From the NCBI GenBank assembly GCA_046754465.1, contig JBHHVU010000036.1, forward strand, positions 1 through 32,481: a DNA stretch of 32,481 bases. The letters are read 5' to 3'. The stretch's first letter is position 1, and every line of letters starts with the position of its first letter. The translations under genes and the position numbers were made by a program. Positions 9,451 through 18,993 of this stretch are shown here, in pieces. Below the pieces are notes generated by a model. The model ran no database searches. It had not been told where the DNA came from and saw only the letters and a program-made list of their open reading frames with translations. Source of the DNA: Nitrospinaceae bacterium (lineage in GTDB: Bacteria > Nitrospinota > Nitrospinia > Nitrospinales > VA-1).

Positions 9451-10623
9451 TCAGTCTGAATCCGGAATCAGTTTTTCGATTTTTATCGGTTCTTTGATTT
9501 CCCTGAGTTTTGCGCAATTTCGCAAACGTGCCAAATGAACAGGGGATATTCTGTGCCCTGCCGAGAGAAGGAGGAGTCCATCGGAAGTTTGAATATCCGA
9601 CTTAAGGAGGTGGCCGGGTCTCAAATCGCCGAGGCAAATAGAAACCGAGGAACTCTTGTTCCCGGTTTCATAATCTTCCTGATCCGAAAAGAACCTTGAA
9701 ATCTTTTTTATAATTTCCGGGTCATACCACCCCTCGCGGCTTTGCAATTGCCGGAACGCATCTTTTCTCGAAGTTCCATTACTTTCAATCTCGACCAAGT
9801 CGGAAAAAACTTTCAATAAGCGGGCTCCCAGGGGAATCTGGGTCCCCGCGATGGAATCTTTCGGGAAGCCGGAGCCGTCAAATCTTTTATTTTGATATAA
9901 AACGATTCGCGAAACAGAATCCAGGCGGGGGATATTCACCAGGAGATGGCTTCCAATTTCTGGGACGAGGGTCAATATTTCCTTTTCTTCGTGGGATAGA
10001 CTTTGTCGTTTTTGAACTTTAACGAGGGTTTCAGGGGGAATACCCAAATGCCCGATTTGAGAGAGCATCGCCGCCGCTTCGATATCCCAGGGAGGGGGTA
10101 TTTTTAGAAACCGGGACAACTGGTGGATAAGCTCCTTGAGCTGCATGGCCCGCCCAAACAAATCGGGATCGAACAAGGATAGGATCTCGGTTAAAATCGT
10201 AATCGCCCCGCTCAGGGTTTTTTCCAGGAGGTCCCGTTCGGCGGTGATCAAGCGGTGCTGTTCGATTCCGGCCTCCAGGGCTTTTTCGAAGGTTGGCGTG
10301 GGACAGGGTTTGGTGAGGAACCGGAAAATATTTCCTTCGTTAACGGCTTCAATGGCCGTTTGCTGGTCGGCAAAACCCGTCAACATGATGCGGACCGCGC
10401 CGGGGACTTTTTCTTTCACCCGGGAGAGGAATTCGATCCCGTTCATTTTGGGCATTTTCATGTCCGAAACCACCACCGCGAAGGGGGTGCCCGCGGCAAG
10501 AATTCTCAGACCCAATTCCGCGGTGGAAGCGATTTCCAAGGAAAACCTTTTTCTCAAACTGCGTTTATATCCCTCCAGAATGCTTGGGTCATCATCCACG
10601 ATAAGAATTTTTTCCGCTATCAT
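9451..10623 (-). CDS. Response regulator with degenerate HD-GYP-like domain
   Basis: REC (ILIVDDD, VVSDMKMP, FLTKP); C-domain has SQIGH instead of HDIGK and YQNKRFDGSGFP instead of HHExxDGxGYP. Confidence 0.85.
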   Translation of the reverse strand: MIAEKILIVDDDPSILEGYKRSLRKRFSLEIASTAELGLRILAAGTPFAVVVSDMKMPKMNGIEFLSRVKEKVPGAVRIMLTGFADQQTAIEAVNEGNIFRFLTKPCPTPTFEKALEAGIEQHRLITAERDLLEKTLSGAITILTEILSLFDPDLFGRAMQLKELIHQLSRFLKIPPPWDIEAAAMLSQIGHLGIPPETLVKVQKRQSLSHEEKEILTLVPEIGSHLLVNIPRLDSVSRIVLYQNKRFDGSGFPKDSIAGTQIPLGARLLKVFSDLVEIESNGTSRKDAFRQLQSREGWYDPEIIKKISRFFSDQEDYETGNKSSSVSICLGDLRPGHLLKSDIQTSDGLLLLSAGHRISPVHLARLRNCAKLREIKEPIKIEKLIPDSD

Positions 10624-10632
10624 TTTTTAACC

Positions 10633-11832
10633 TCACTCATGGGTCCGCAGGTCTCTCCATTTTGAAAGCCGATCCGTCCATCCCACCTTTTCGAGAAAGT
10701 CCATGTTCAATTTCGAGGCGCACGGCCCATCGGGGCCGGCCTCTTTTTGATATGCCAGGGCATCGGCGGCGTGCACGAGGATCAATGGGGGTGAGGGAAG
10801 ATGACTCAATTGAGATGGATCATGGTGAAAGGCGACCGCTTCGACAACAGGGTCGGGAATGCCCCAAAGTCCCAACAGGTACGCCCCGACCTCCGCATGG
10901 GTCGAATTAAAAACTTCCTTTTCCGCCTGCCAAAATTCGAGGCCGCTGGTTTTCGACAGTTGCCAGGTTTTTTGATACAAAGCCGGAAAGTTCGACGCCA
11001 TGATTAATTTTCCAATATCGTGGACCAAACCTGCGGTGAATCCAAAACTTTTCGAATTCGAATCCAATTTTTCCATTTTTTCCATTTTCCGGGCCAATTC
11101 TCCTACCCTCAGACTATGTCGCCAAAGCCGATCGATCGACAGATATTTGATATGATCCTTTTGGAACTTTGAGAACAACTGGTGCGACAAAACCAGGGAG
11201 GTGATGGTATCCAGGCCGAGAATCTGGGCGGCATGAAAGGGGGTGGCGATTTTTTGGGAAAATCCAAAAAAAGCGGAGTTGGCCAATTGAAGTATCTTGG
11301 AAGACATCCCAATATCTTGTTCAATGATCATGCCCACCTTCTCAATGGAGGCATCGGGAGACTCCAACTCTTCCATTATTTCGACATACAATTTGGGCAA
11401 AACGGGGAGTGATTTTATTTGAGAAATCAGTTTTTTCAGATCGGGATTGGTTAGTAGATTTCTCAAGGAGAAGGTTTTTTCCAAAAAAGTTTTCAAGGAA
11501 TTAAATTCACAGGGTTTGGATAAAAATTGATGCATGGATCCCGCCGCCCTTACCAAGGCTTGATCCTCGGCCTGGCCGGAAAGAATGATTCGAATGGTAT
11601 CGGGGTACATTCGTTTAACTTCATTCAAGAACTGGGCTCCATCCATTTCCGGCATCCGCATATCGGTCACGACCATGTCAAAACTGGATTTTTCCATGAG
11701 CTTCAAGGCCATGGGCCCGCTTTCGGCAAATTCCGTATGCCATTTTTCACGCATGGATCTCAGCATCCGGCGCAAGGCTTGAAGAATCGTATGATCGTCA
11801 TCGACAAAAAGAATTCTTTTATGGTCACTCAT
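10633..11832 (-). CDS. Response regulator with HDOD domain
   Basis: REC (ILFVDDD, VVTDMRMP, FLSKP) plus HDOD (LPVLP, ILQLANSAFFG, LWRHS, GLVHDIGK, HAEVGAYLL); start placed at ATG 11832, alternatives 11847/11889. Confidence 0.88.
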   Translation of the reverse strand: MSDHKRILFVDDDHTILQALRRMLRSMREKWHTEFAESGPMALKLMEKSSFDMVVTDMRMPEMDGAQFLNEVKRMYPDTIRIILSGQAEDQALVRAAGSMHQFLSKPCEFNSLKTFLEKTFSLRNLLTNPDLKKLISQIKSLPVLPKLYVEIMEELESPDASIEKVGMIIEQDIGMSSKILQLANSAFFGFSQKIATPFHAAQILGLDTITSLVLSHQLFSKFQKDHIKYLSIDRLWRHSLRVGELARKMEKMEKLDSNSKSFGFTAGLVHDIGKLIMASNFPALYQKTWQLSKTSGLEFWQAEKEVFNSTHAEVGAYLLGLWGIPDPVVEAVAFHHDPSQLSHLPSPPLILVHAADALAYQKEAGPDGPCASKLNMDFLEKVGWTDRLSKWRDLRTHE

Positions 11833-11872
11833 GCGAGTTGCCCTCATGGCGGCTTCCTTGCCACCCCCCGGC

Positions 11873-13003
11873 TTAAATATTTCCGGCATTTATTATGGAT
11901 TTGACAAAGGATGAGCCGACCTCCAAACTCAGGGGTTCCGCTCTATCCTGGTCCGGCGTTTCCGTATCCGAGAATTTTTCCTGAATTTGCACGATTTCCG
12001 GAAGAATGACCTTGAAGTGCTCCACCAGGCGGGGATCAAAATGTTTTCCCTTTTGTTCCTGGATATACTTCATGGTTTTCTCGAGCGGCCAGGCGGTTTT
12101 GTAGGGCCTTTCCGACGTTAAGGCGTCGAAGACATCGCATAGGGAAACGATTCTCGCCGGCAGGGAAATTTCTTCACCCTTCAGGCCCAAGGGGTAACCC
12201 GACCCATCCCACTTTTCATGATGTTGCATGACAATGGTGCAGGCCAATTTCAAGAGTTCGGAATCATCTCCCGCCAAAATCTCAGCCCCGATGGTCACGT
12301 GGGTTTTCATGATTTCCCATTCTTCCTCATCCAATTTTCCGGGTTTGAGCAAGATGCGGTCCGGGATGCCTATTTTCCCAATGTCGTGCATGGGGCTTGC
12401 GTTTAAAAGCAGGTCGCATTCCTGTTCGCTCATCCCGGCTTTCAACCCCAACAGGGCGGAAAAAAGGCTCATCCGAATAACGTGCATTCCGGTTTCATTA
12501 TCCCGGTATTCCGCCGCCCGGCCCAGCCGCCGTATGACCTCCAACCGGGTATCGTGCAACTCCCGCGTGCGCTCTTTTACCGTTTGTTCCAATCGTACGC
12601 TGTAGTTTTTTATTTCATCCAAATAGGTCTTTAATCGAAGACAATTATTCAACCGGGCAAGCAGTTCTTCCCGATCGACGGGTTTGTTTAAAATATCCGT
12701 CGCTCCCAGATCCAGCGCTTTTTGCTTCAAGCCTTTTTCATTCATCCCGGTAAGGATCACGACAGGAATATCCTTGGTCCGTTCGATATTTCTCAGGGTC
12801 CGGAGCAGTTCAAACCCGTCCTGAAGCGGCATGGAAATATCGGAGATAATCACATCGAAATCGGTTTCCATGCTTTTACTCAAAGCTTCCTTAGGATCTT
12901 TAACAAAACTCATATCCCAAACTTGCCGATGATCGCTGAGAAGCCGGCGCAGCCCGTCCAGCACTTGCGGTTCGTCATCTACAAATAATAATTTCCTGTT
13001 CAT
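11873..13003 (-). CDS. Response regulator / HD-GYP cyclic di-GMP phosphodiesterase (RpfG-like)
   Basis: REC plus intact EYRDNETGMHV, HDIGKIG, HHEKWDGSGYP, DVFDALTSERPYK. Confidence 0.92.
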   Translation of the reverse strand: MNRKLLFVDDEPQVLDGLRRLLSDHRQVWDMSFVKDPKEALSKSMETDFDVIISDISMPLQDGFELLRTLRNIERTKDIPVVILTGMNEKGLKQKALDLGATDILNKPVDREELLARLNNCLRLKTYLDEIKNYSVRLEQTVKERTRELHDTRLEVIRRLGRAAEYRDNETGMHVIRMSLFSALLGLKAGMSEQECDLLLNASPMHDIGKIGIPDRILLKPGKLDEEEWEIMKTHVTIGAEILAGDDSELLKLACTIVMQHHEKWDGSGYPLGLKGEEISLPARIVSLCDVFDALTSERPYKTAWPLEKTMKYIQEQKGKHFDPRLVEHFKVILPEIVQIQEKFSDTETPDQDRAEPLSLEVGSSFVKSIINAGNI

Positions 13004-13006
13004 CTC

Positions 13007-15442
13007 TTACTCCTGAGAACCATTTGAGAAAACAGGCAGGCGAAACACGAATGTTGTTCCCTTGCCTTCCTGGGTTTTCAGGGAAACGGTGCCCCCGTGT
13101 TTTTTAACCACCACCCCGTGTACAATGGCCAACCCTTGTCCTGTTCCCTTTCCCACCTCCTTGGTGGTAAAGAATGGATCAAAGATTCGGGATTTGATGT
13201 TTTCCGGAATGCCAGTTCCGGTATCTTCAATATGGATTTCCACCCAATCCCCTTTCCCGAGTGTGCGAACCGTAATGGTCCCCTTGTTGGATTCCTTCCC
13301 CTGGACCACATCCTCGATCCCGTGGGCGGCGTTGATGATCGTGTTCAGGATCGCCTGATTGAAATCGTTCACGTAGCAAGGTACGGGAGGAAGACCCGGG
13401 TCAAAATCCCTAACAATCTCCGCCACATATTTCCACTCGTTTCTGGTCACGGTCAGGGTGGTATCAATCGCGGTGTTGATATCGATCGGGATTTTTTCTT
13501 CGGACCCCGGATGGGAAAATTCTTTCATGGCCCGGACGATATTCGTGACGCGTTCGACCCCTTCCATGGATTGTTGGATGGCTTGGGGGATTTCTTCCAT
13601 GAGAAAATCTTTGTCCACATCCTTTGAAAGAGTTTCCACCTTTTCCACTATTTTCCAAGGAAGGGGTTTTTCCCGTTTGCTGACATCGATCAATTTGTTG
13701 TGGGCTTCCTGCAGTTCCAGCAAGTCCTGGAAGGAATCCTGAAGAAAACGGATATTATCTCCAATGAATTGCATGGGGGTGTTTATCTCATGGGCGATAC
13801 CCGCCGCCAACTGGCCAATGGATTCCATCTTTTGAGCATGATTCAGTTGCGTTTGAATGGCTTTTCTTTCCGTGACGTCGTGAATAAAAACATTAAAGAT
13901 CGATTGGTCCATGAATTGTAAAAAAGAAAGGGATATTTCCACGGGAAACTCATGACCGTCCCGGTGCAAAACATACATATCCAAGCTTTGGCCTAAAACT
14001 TTTCCAGGTTCTGTTTCCCGGATGCTTTTGAGTTCCCTGGCGTGGGCTTCCCGTTTTTCTTCGGGGATGACGAGATCGGCCCATACTTTTCCCCGCGCTT
14101 CCAAACGTTTCCAGCCAAACATGGTTTCCGCCCGCATGTTCCACTCCATGATTTTTCCGTCCGTATCCAAGGCAACAAACGCATCAGGCGCCGTATCGAT
14201 GATCATGCGGGCCCGTTCCTCGCTTTTCCGGAGAGCATTTTCCGCCTCTTTTCTTTCGCTGATATCGCGGACAATTCCAATAAACGATAATTCCTTTCTC
14301 ACGCGCATTTCACTGGTGGAAAGTTCCATCGGGAAAATTTCTCCGTTCCTTCGGAGACCCGAGAATTCCCGGGTCTTTCCTATCGAGCGGTTCTGGCCTG
14401 TTAAAAGATAGCGCGCTATGAACGAATCGTGCTTGGACCGGTAAGGTTCGGGCATCAACAAGTTGATATTCTTCCCAAGGACTTCCTTCTTGGGATAACC
14501 AAAAATTTTTTCGGCCGCGGGATTGATGAAACGAATCAGGCCGGCCTGGTTGATGGTGATGATGCCCTCCATGATGTGGGTGACCACCGACCTGAAACGC
14601 TCCTCGCTAGATCGAAGCTCATCTTCCGCCCGTTTTTGCTGCGTGATATTTTCTCCAACCCCTAAAAATCCGGTGACCGTGCCGGTTTTGTCGTATAAGG
14701 GGGAAAGTGTTAGTTTGAGCCAAATTTTTTTGCCGGATTTGGTCAATTCCTCAATTTTAATGACGACAGCCTTTTTCTTCGCTGTAACGTACGATATCGC
14801 CTCCTGGATTTTTCCCCTCGTTTTTCCTTCCTTGGGGTAGAGAACCCGTATATTTTGGCGCTCGATCATTTCTTGGGCCTTATACTCCAGCAAGTCCTCG
14901 GCCCCCTTGTTCCAGAGAAGGATCTTTCCCTCCAAATCGGTGGAAATGATCGAAAGATCGGTGGGACTGTTTAAAATGCTTGCTAAAAACCGGTTGGTCT
15001 TCAGAAGTTTATCTTCAACCTGCTTGCGCAATTCCTCCTCTTTATAAAGTTCCAGGGCATAGCGGATGGATTTGGACAAAGATTCTGAAGACAGTTTGTT
15101 TTTGGAAAGGTAATCGGTGGCGCCACTTTTCATAGCTTCCACGGCGATTTCCTGGCTTCCCAATCCGGTCAGCAAGATGACGGGGAGGGGTATTCCCTTT
15201 TTCTTCACAAACTTCAACAGATCCTTGCCATCGTCACTTCCCAGCCGGTAATCCACAAAGCATAGATCATAATTTTCCGTTTCAAGGCGATGGAAGGCTT
15301 CCTTCAAGGTCGTGATTGAATCGATTTGGGGAGCTGGAGAACGAAGGACTTCGACAATCATCTCCACGAGAATGAAGATATCCTCTTCATCATCATCCAC
15401 AACAAGTATTTTTAAGGGGTTATCCATTCGTTGGGTGGGCAC
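13007..15442 (-). CDS. Cytoplasmic histidine kinase: REC-PAS-PAS-PAS-HisKA-HATPase
   Basis: N-terminal REC, three PAS/PAC repeats, H-box AHEINTP, N-box NTIINAAH, DTGTGIP, FFTTKEVGKGTGQGL; no TM segment seen; start GTG 15442 or ATG 15427. Confidence 0.92.
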   Translation of the reverse strand: MPTQRMDNPLKILVVDDDEEDIFILVEMIVEVLRSPAPQIDSITTLKEAFHRLETENYDLCFVDYRLGSDDGKDLLKFVKKKGIPLPVILLTGLGSQEIAVEAMKSGATDYLSKNKLSSESLSKSIRYALELYKEEELRKQVEDKLLKTNRFLASILNSPTDLSIISTDLEGKILLWNKGAEDLLEYKAQEMIERQNIRVLYPKEGKTRGKIQEAISYVTAKKKAVVIKIEELTKSGKKIWLKLTLSPLYDKTGTVTGFLGVGENITQQKRAEDELRSSEERFRSVVTHIMEGIITINQAGLIRFINPAAEKIFGYPKKEVLGKNINLLMPEPYRSKHDSFIARYLLTGQNRSIGKTREFSGLRRNGEIFPMELSTSEMRVRKELSFIGIVRDISERKEAENALRKSEERARMIIDTAPDAFVALDTDGKIMEWNMRAETMFGWKRLEARGKVWADLVIPEEKREAHARELKSIRETEPGKVLGQSLDMYVLHRDGHEFPVEISLSFLQFMDQSIFNVFIHDVTERKAIQTQLNHAQKMESIGQLAAGIAHEINTPMQFIGDNIRFLQDSFQDLLELQEAHNKLIDVSKREKPLPWKIVEKVETLSKDVDKDFLMEEIPQAIQQSMEGVERVTNIVRAMKEFSHPGSEEKIPIDINTAIDTTLTVTRNEWKYVAEIVRDFDPGLPPVPCYVNDFNQAILNTIINAAHGIEDVVQGKESNKGTITVRTLGKGDWVEIHIEDTGTGIPENIKSRIFDPFFTTKEVGKGTGQGLAIVHGVVVKKHGGTVSLKTQEGKGTTFVFRLPVFSNGSQE

Positions 15443-15600
15443 TTTTTTCGCATTTTTCTGATTTCCGGGTTTTCCCGGCGAACTTTTTTTTCGTCAATTT
15501 TGCAGGCAAAATCTATTTCCATTTGATTTTAAAGGTGTTTCTCTATTATATTACAATTAATTTCATAGTAAGTTTATTTTTTCAAAAGTCCCGAAAATAC

Positions 15601-15637
15601 GCGGAAAAGGGATGCCGCGCGCGCATCCCTTTTCCGC
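15601..15637. repeat. Perfect 15-bp inverted repeat in the divergent intergenic region
   Basis: GCGGAAAAGGGATGC-CGCGCGC-GCATCCCTTTTCCGC. Confidence 0.9.
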
Positions 15638-15825
15638 CGGGAGGGAGGACCGCTTTTGTCTTTTTTTGAAAATAATTTTGTGTTAAATTAATGCGCTCAC
15701 CGATGGAATCTGGTCTATTCGCTTCCTGGAGCGGCTTGAGGCCGTAGAAAAATCGTAGCAGCCAAGGATGAGACTTATCCCGCCTCCGGATCGGGTGTCG
15801 ATGGATCCCCTCGAAATCAATTGGA

Positions 15826-17076
15826 ATGAATAAGCGGCTAAGCCCTGAACAGCGTATTGTCATCACGGGGATCGGGCTGACAGCCCCCAATGGTAACAAC
15901 CTGAAGGAGTTCCGGCAGAATCTGCTGGATGGAAAATCCGGAGTCCGTAAGTTTGAAACCCGCTACATGGGGGAAGTGCTTGCCGGGGTTTGTGATTTTG
16001 ATGAATTAAAGTACCAGAAGAAAAAGGAAATCCGGCGGGGAACCCGCGCGGGTTCGGTATCCATATATTGTTCCCGGGAGGCGTTCGGCGATGCCGGTAT
16101 CGAACTGGAACGGATCGACCGGTCGCGGGTGGGTGTTTACCTGGGCGTGACAGAGCACGGAAACGTCGAAACCGAAAACGAAGTTTACAACATCAGTCAA
16201 TACGGTTATGACGTCAAGTTCTGGTCGCATCACCACAATCCCCGGACGGTGGCGAACAATCCGGCGGGGGAGGTCACCCTCAACCTGAAAATCACCGGGC
16301 CGCATTACACCATCGGGGCGGCCTGCGCGGCAGGGAATATGGGGGTCATCCAGGGCCTGCAGATGCTGCGCCTGGGGGAGGTGGACCTGGCGGTCGCGGG
16401 CGGGATTTCAGAAAGTATCCACACGTTCGGGATTTTTGCCAGTTTCAACAGCGAGGGCGCCCTGGCCCGGCACGTGGACCCGGCCAAGGCCTGCCGGCCC
16501 TTCGACAAAACCCGGAACGGAATCGTTTGTTCCGAAGGCGGTTGCATTTATATTTTGGAGCGGCTCCCCGACGCCGTAAAGAGGGGCGCGAAAATTTATG
16601 GCGAGATCGTAGGATATGCCATCAATTCCGACGCTGTGGATTTCATCCTCCCCGACCCCGAGCGGCAGGCGCAGTGCATGCGAATGGCCCTTGGCAAAGC
16701 GGGATTGCGGGGGGGGGATATCGATATCCTCAACACCCATGCCACGGCGACCAAAGCCGGAGATGTTCAGGAAGCCAAAGCCATCCGAGAAGTTTTCGGC
16801 GGAGAAAAGGGGGTTTGGATCAATAACACGAAAAGTTTCATCGGACATACCATGGGCGCCGCTGGAACCTTGGAACTGGCGGGAAACCTCCCCGCTTTCG
16901 GGGACCACCTCGTCCACCCCACCATCAACCTGGACGATCTCGATCCTGAATGCGCGCTGGACAATATCGTCGTTCATGGGCCGAGGAAACTCGATCGCAT
17001 CGACCTCTTGATGAACAATTCGTTTGGAATGTTCGGGATCAATTCCGTTCTTATCGTGAAACGGTTCGAGAATTAG
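15826..17076 (+). CDS. fabF: Beta-ketoacyl-ACP synthase (FabF/FabB family, specialised paralogue)
   Basis: RIVITGIG, catalytic Cys in GAACAAG, His in NTHATAT and KSFIGHTMGAAG, PTINL, NSFGMFGIN. Confidence 0.9.
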   Translation: MNKRLSPEQRIVITGIGLTAPNGNNLKEFRQNLLDGKSGVRKFETRYMGEVLAGVCDFDELKYQKKKEIRRGTRAGSVSIYCSREAFGDAGIELERIDRSRVGVYLGVTEHGNVETENEVYNISQYGYDVKFWSHHHNPRTVANNPAGEVTLNLKITGPHYTIGAACAAGNMGVIQGLQMLRLGEVDLAVAGGISESIHTFGIFASFNSEGALARHVDPAKACRPFDKTRNGIVCSEGGCIYILERLPDAVKRGAKIYGEIVGYAINSDAVDFILPDPERQAQCMRMALGKAGLRGGDIDILNTHATATKAGDVQEAKAIREVFGGEKGVWINNTKSFIGHTMGAAGTLELAGNLPAFGDHLVHPTINLDDLDPECALDNIVVHGPRKLDRIDLLMNNSFGMFGINSVLIVKRFEN

Positions 17077-17133
17077 TTTGGTATTGAAATTGATTGGTAT
17101 TTTCCATAGAATCAGAAATTTAGGAGGAGCCTG

Positions 17134-17397
17134 ATGACCGGGGAAGAAGTCAGAGCAGCTATCATCGATATACTTTCCGATATCGCTCCGGATGAGGATA
17201 TCAGTTCCATTAGCGACGATTTGAAATTACGGGACCAGATCGATCTGGATTCGATGGATTTCCTCGACATCGTCATGGAACTGAGGAAACGTTTCAATAT
17301 TGAAGTGCCGGAGAAAGACTACGACCAGCTTGCTACCATGTCCAGTTGTATCACTTATCTTCAACCCCTATTGAAGGACCGGCAGCTCGCGGGTTGA
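17134..17397 (+). CDS. Acyl carrier protein
   Basis: Small acidic protein with phosphopantetheine Ser motif LDSMDFLDIVMEL; AGGAGG RBS; follows the KAS. Confidence 0.92.
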   Translation: MTGEEVRAAIIDILSDIAPDEDISSISDDLKLRDQIDLDSMDFLDIVMELRKRFNIEVPEKDYDQLATMSSCITYLQPLLKDRQLAG

Positions 17398-17468
17398 CTT
17401 TGACTTCCCGGCATTTCCGGGACTCGCTCCCCGTTTTCCAGATAAATAGAATTTTCCCTGTGATGCTG

Positions 17469-17505
17469 AATCCCCGGTGGCCTTGGGCGCCGGGGATTGT
17501 TTTTT
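17469..17505 (+). terminator. Intrinsic terminator-like hairpin after the ACP gene
   Basis: AATCCCCGGTG-GCCTTGGG-CGCCGGGGATT followed by GTTTTTT. Confidence 0.65.
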
Positions 17506-17567
17506 CCGGCTCCTTTCGGTCTCACTGTTTTCCCAACCGGTAAAACCCAACAGCCCGGACTCGTTTC

Positions 17568-18953
17568 ATGGTTTACGATGCGTTGATCATAGGATCAGGA
17601 TTATCCGGCCTGGCCGCGGGCATCCGCTTGGCCTATTTCAATAAAAAGGTCTGCATCCTGGAAAAGCACATCGAAGTGGGCGGCTTGAATTCCTTCTACG
17701 TCCGCAAACACCGCACCTTCGACGTGGGTCTACACGCCATGACGAATTACACCCCCAAGGGGGTCCGAAGTTCCCCGCTCGGCAAGCTCCTCAAGCAACT
17801 GCGGTTCCGCCACGACGATTTTCGCCTGTGCCCGCAGACCGTATCGGAAATCCGCTTTCCGGAAAAATCCCTGCGGTTCACCAACGATTTCGAGTTCTTC
17901 AAACAGGAGGTGGCCGAACAGTTCCCCAGCCAGATGGACGGATTCCTCAAACTGGTGCGCCGCGTCGAACAGTTCGATGAAATCTCCCTGGAAGGCGACA
18001 CAACGACGTCGACCCGGGCCGTGTTGACGGATTGCCTCTCCGATCCCCTGTTGATCGACATGCTGTGCTGTCCCCTCATGTATTACGGCAATGCCCGGGA
18101 AGATGACATGGATTTTTACCAATTCGTCATCATGTTCAAGAGCATTTTCATGCAGGGGTTTGCCAAACCCGAGGGCGGGATGGACTACATCCTTCACCTG
18201 CTGGTGGATAAATACAAGAACCTGGGCGGCGAACTGAGAATGGGAGCCCCGGTGGAGACCCTCGATGTGGAAGGAGGATCCCTGCGGTCGGTCACCCTGG
18301 AAAATGGAGAACGCCTTCACGCCAAAACCGTGCTCTCATCCATGGGCTATGTGGAAACCCTCCGGCATTGCGCCCCGCCCTTGAACGAGGAAACGCTCGC
18401 CAAGCCGGGGCGGATTTCCTTCATGGAATCGCTTTTCGTTCTCGGCAAGGAGCCCAAGGATTTGGGATATGACAAAAGCATCGTTTTTTTCTGCGCCCAG
18501 CCCCGGTTCCGGTATCAAGTGCCCACGCAACCGATCGACGTGACCAGCGGGGTTTTGTGTTGCCCCAACAACTTCCAGTATCCTCAACCCCTGCCCGAGG
18601 GGATGATCCGGTTGACCAATCTGGCCAGTTACCGGTTGTGGAATTCCCTGGCCCGAAAAGAGTACGTCGCGGCGAAAAAGGAATGGCGGGCCAAGGCCCT
18701 GGATTCCGCCTTTACATTTTTTCCCGATTTTCGCGATTCTGTGGTATTTTTAGACTCGTTTACACCCAAGACCATTCACAAATACACCGGCCATTTGAAC
18801 GGCGCGGTTTACGGATCACCCCGAAAAATAAAAAACGGCGTCACCCCCGTAAAAAACCTTTATATTTGTGGAACGGACCAGGGATTTTTAGGTATTATTG
18901 GAGCGACATTGAGTGGAATCTCCATGGCCAACCTACACGTCTTGCAAAAATAA
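17568..18953 (+). CDS. Phytoene dehydrogenase-like (COG1233) FAD-dependent oxidoreductase 1
   Basis: [12 protein letters not shown] dinucleotide fold, LEKH..VGG, FDVGLH, TPKTI..YT....GAVYG, NLYICG...GIIGA..SG. Confidence 0.88.
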   Translation: MVYDALIIGSGLSGLAAGIRLAYFNKKVCILEKHIEVGGLNSFYVRKHRTFDVGLHAMTNYTPKGVRSSPLGKLLKQLRFRHDDFRLCPQTVSEIRFPEKSLRFTNDFEFFKQEVAEQFPSQMDGFLKLVRRVEQFDEISLEGDTTTSTRAVLTDCLSDPLLIDMLCCPLMYYGNAREDDMDFYQFVIMFKSIFMQGFAKPEGGMDYILHLLVDKYKNLGGELRMGAPVETLDVEGGSLRSVTLENGERLHAKTVLSSMGYVETLRHCAPPLNEETLAKPGRISFMESLFVLGKEPKDLGYDKSIVFFCAQPRFRYQVPTQPIDVTSGVLCCPNNFQYPQPLPEGMIRLTNLASYRLWNSLARKEYVAAKKEWRAKALDSAFTFFPDFRDSVVFLDSFTPKTIHKYTGHLNGAVYGSPRKIKNGVTPVKNLYICGTDQGFLGIIGATLSGISMANLHVLQK

Positions 18954-18993
18954 ACCGGACCGGAAATCCAATCAGCTTAATAAACAAACCATC

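Noticed and set aside
18913..18993. N-terminal extension of oxidoreductase 2 overlapping oxidoreductase 1
   Set aside because: Family similarity begins near MTRDWLKG at 18994; the upstream GTG start is probably an ORF-caller artefact
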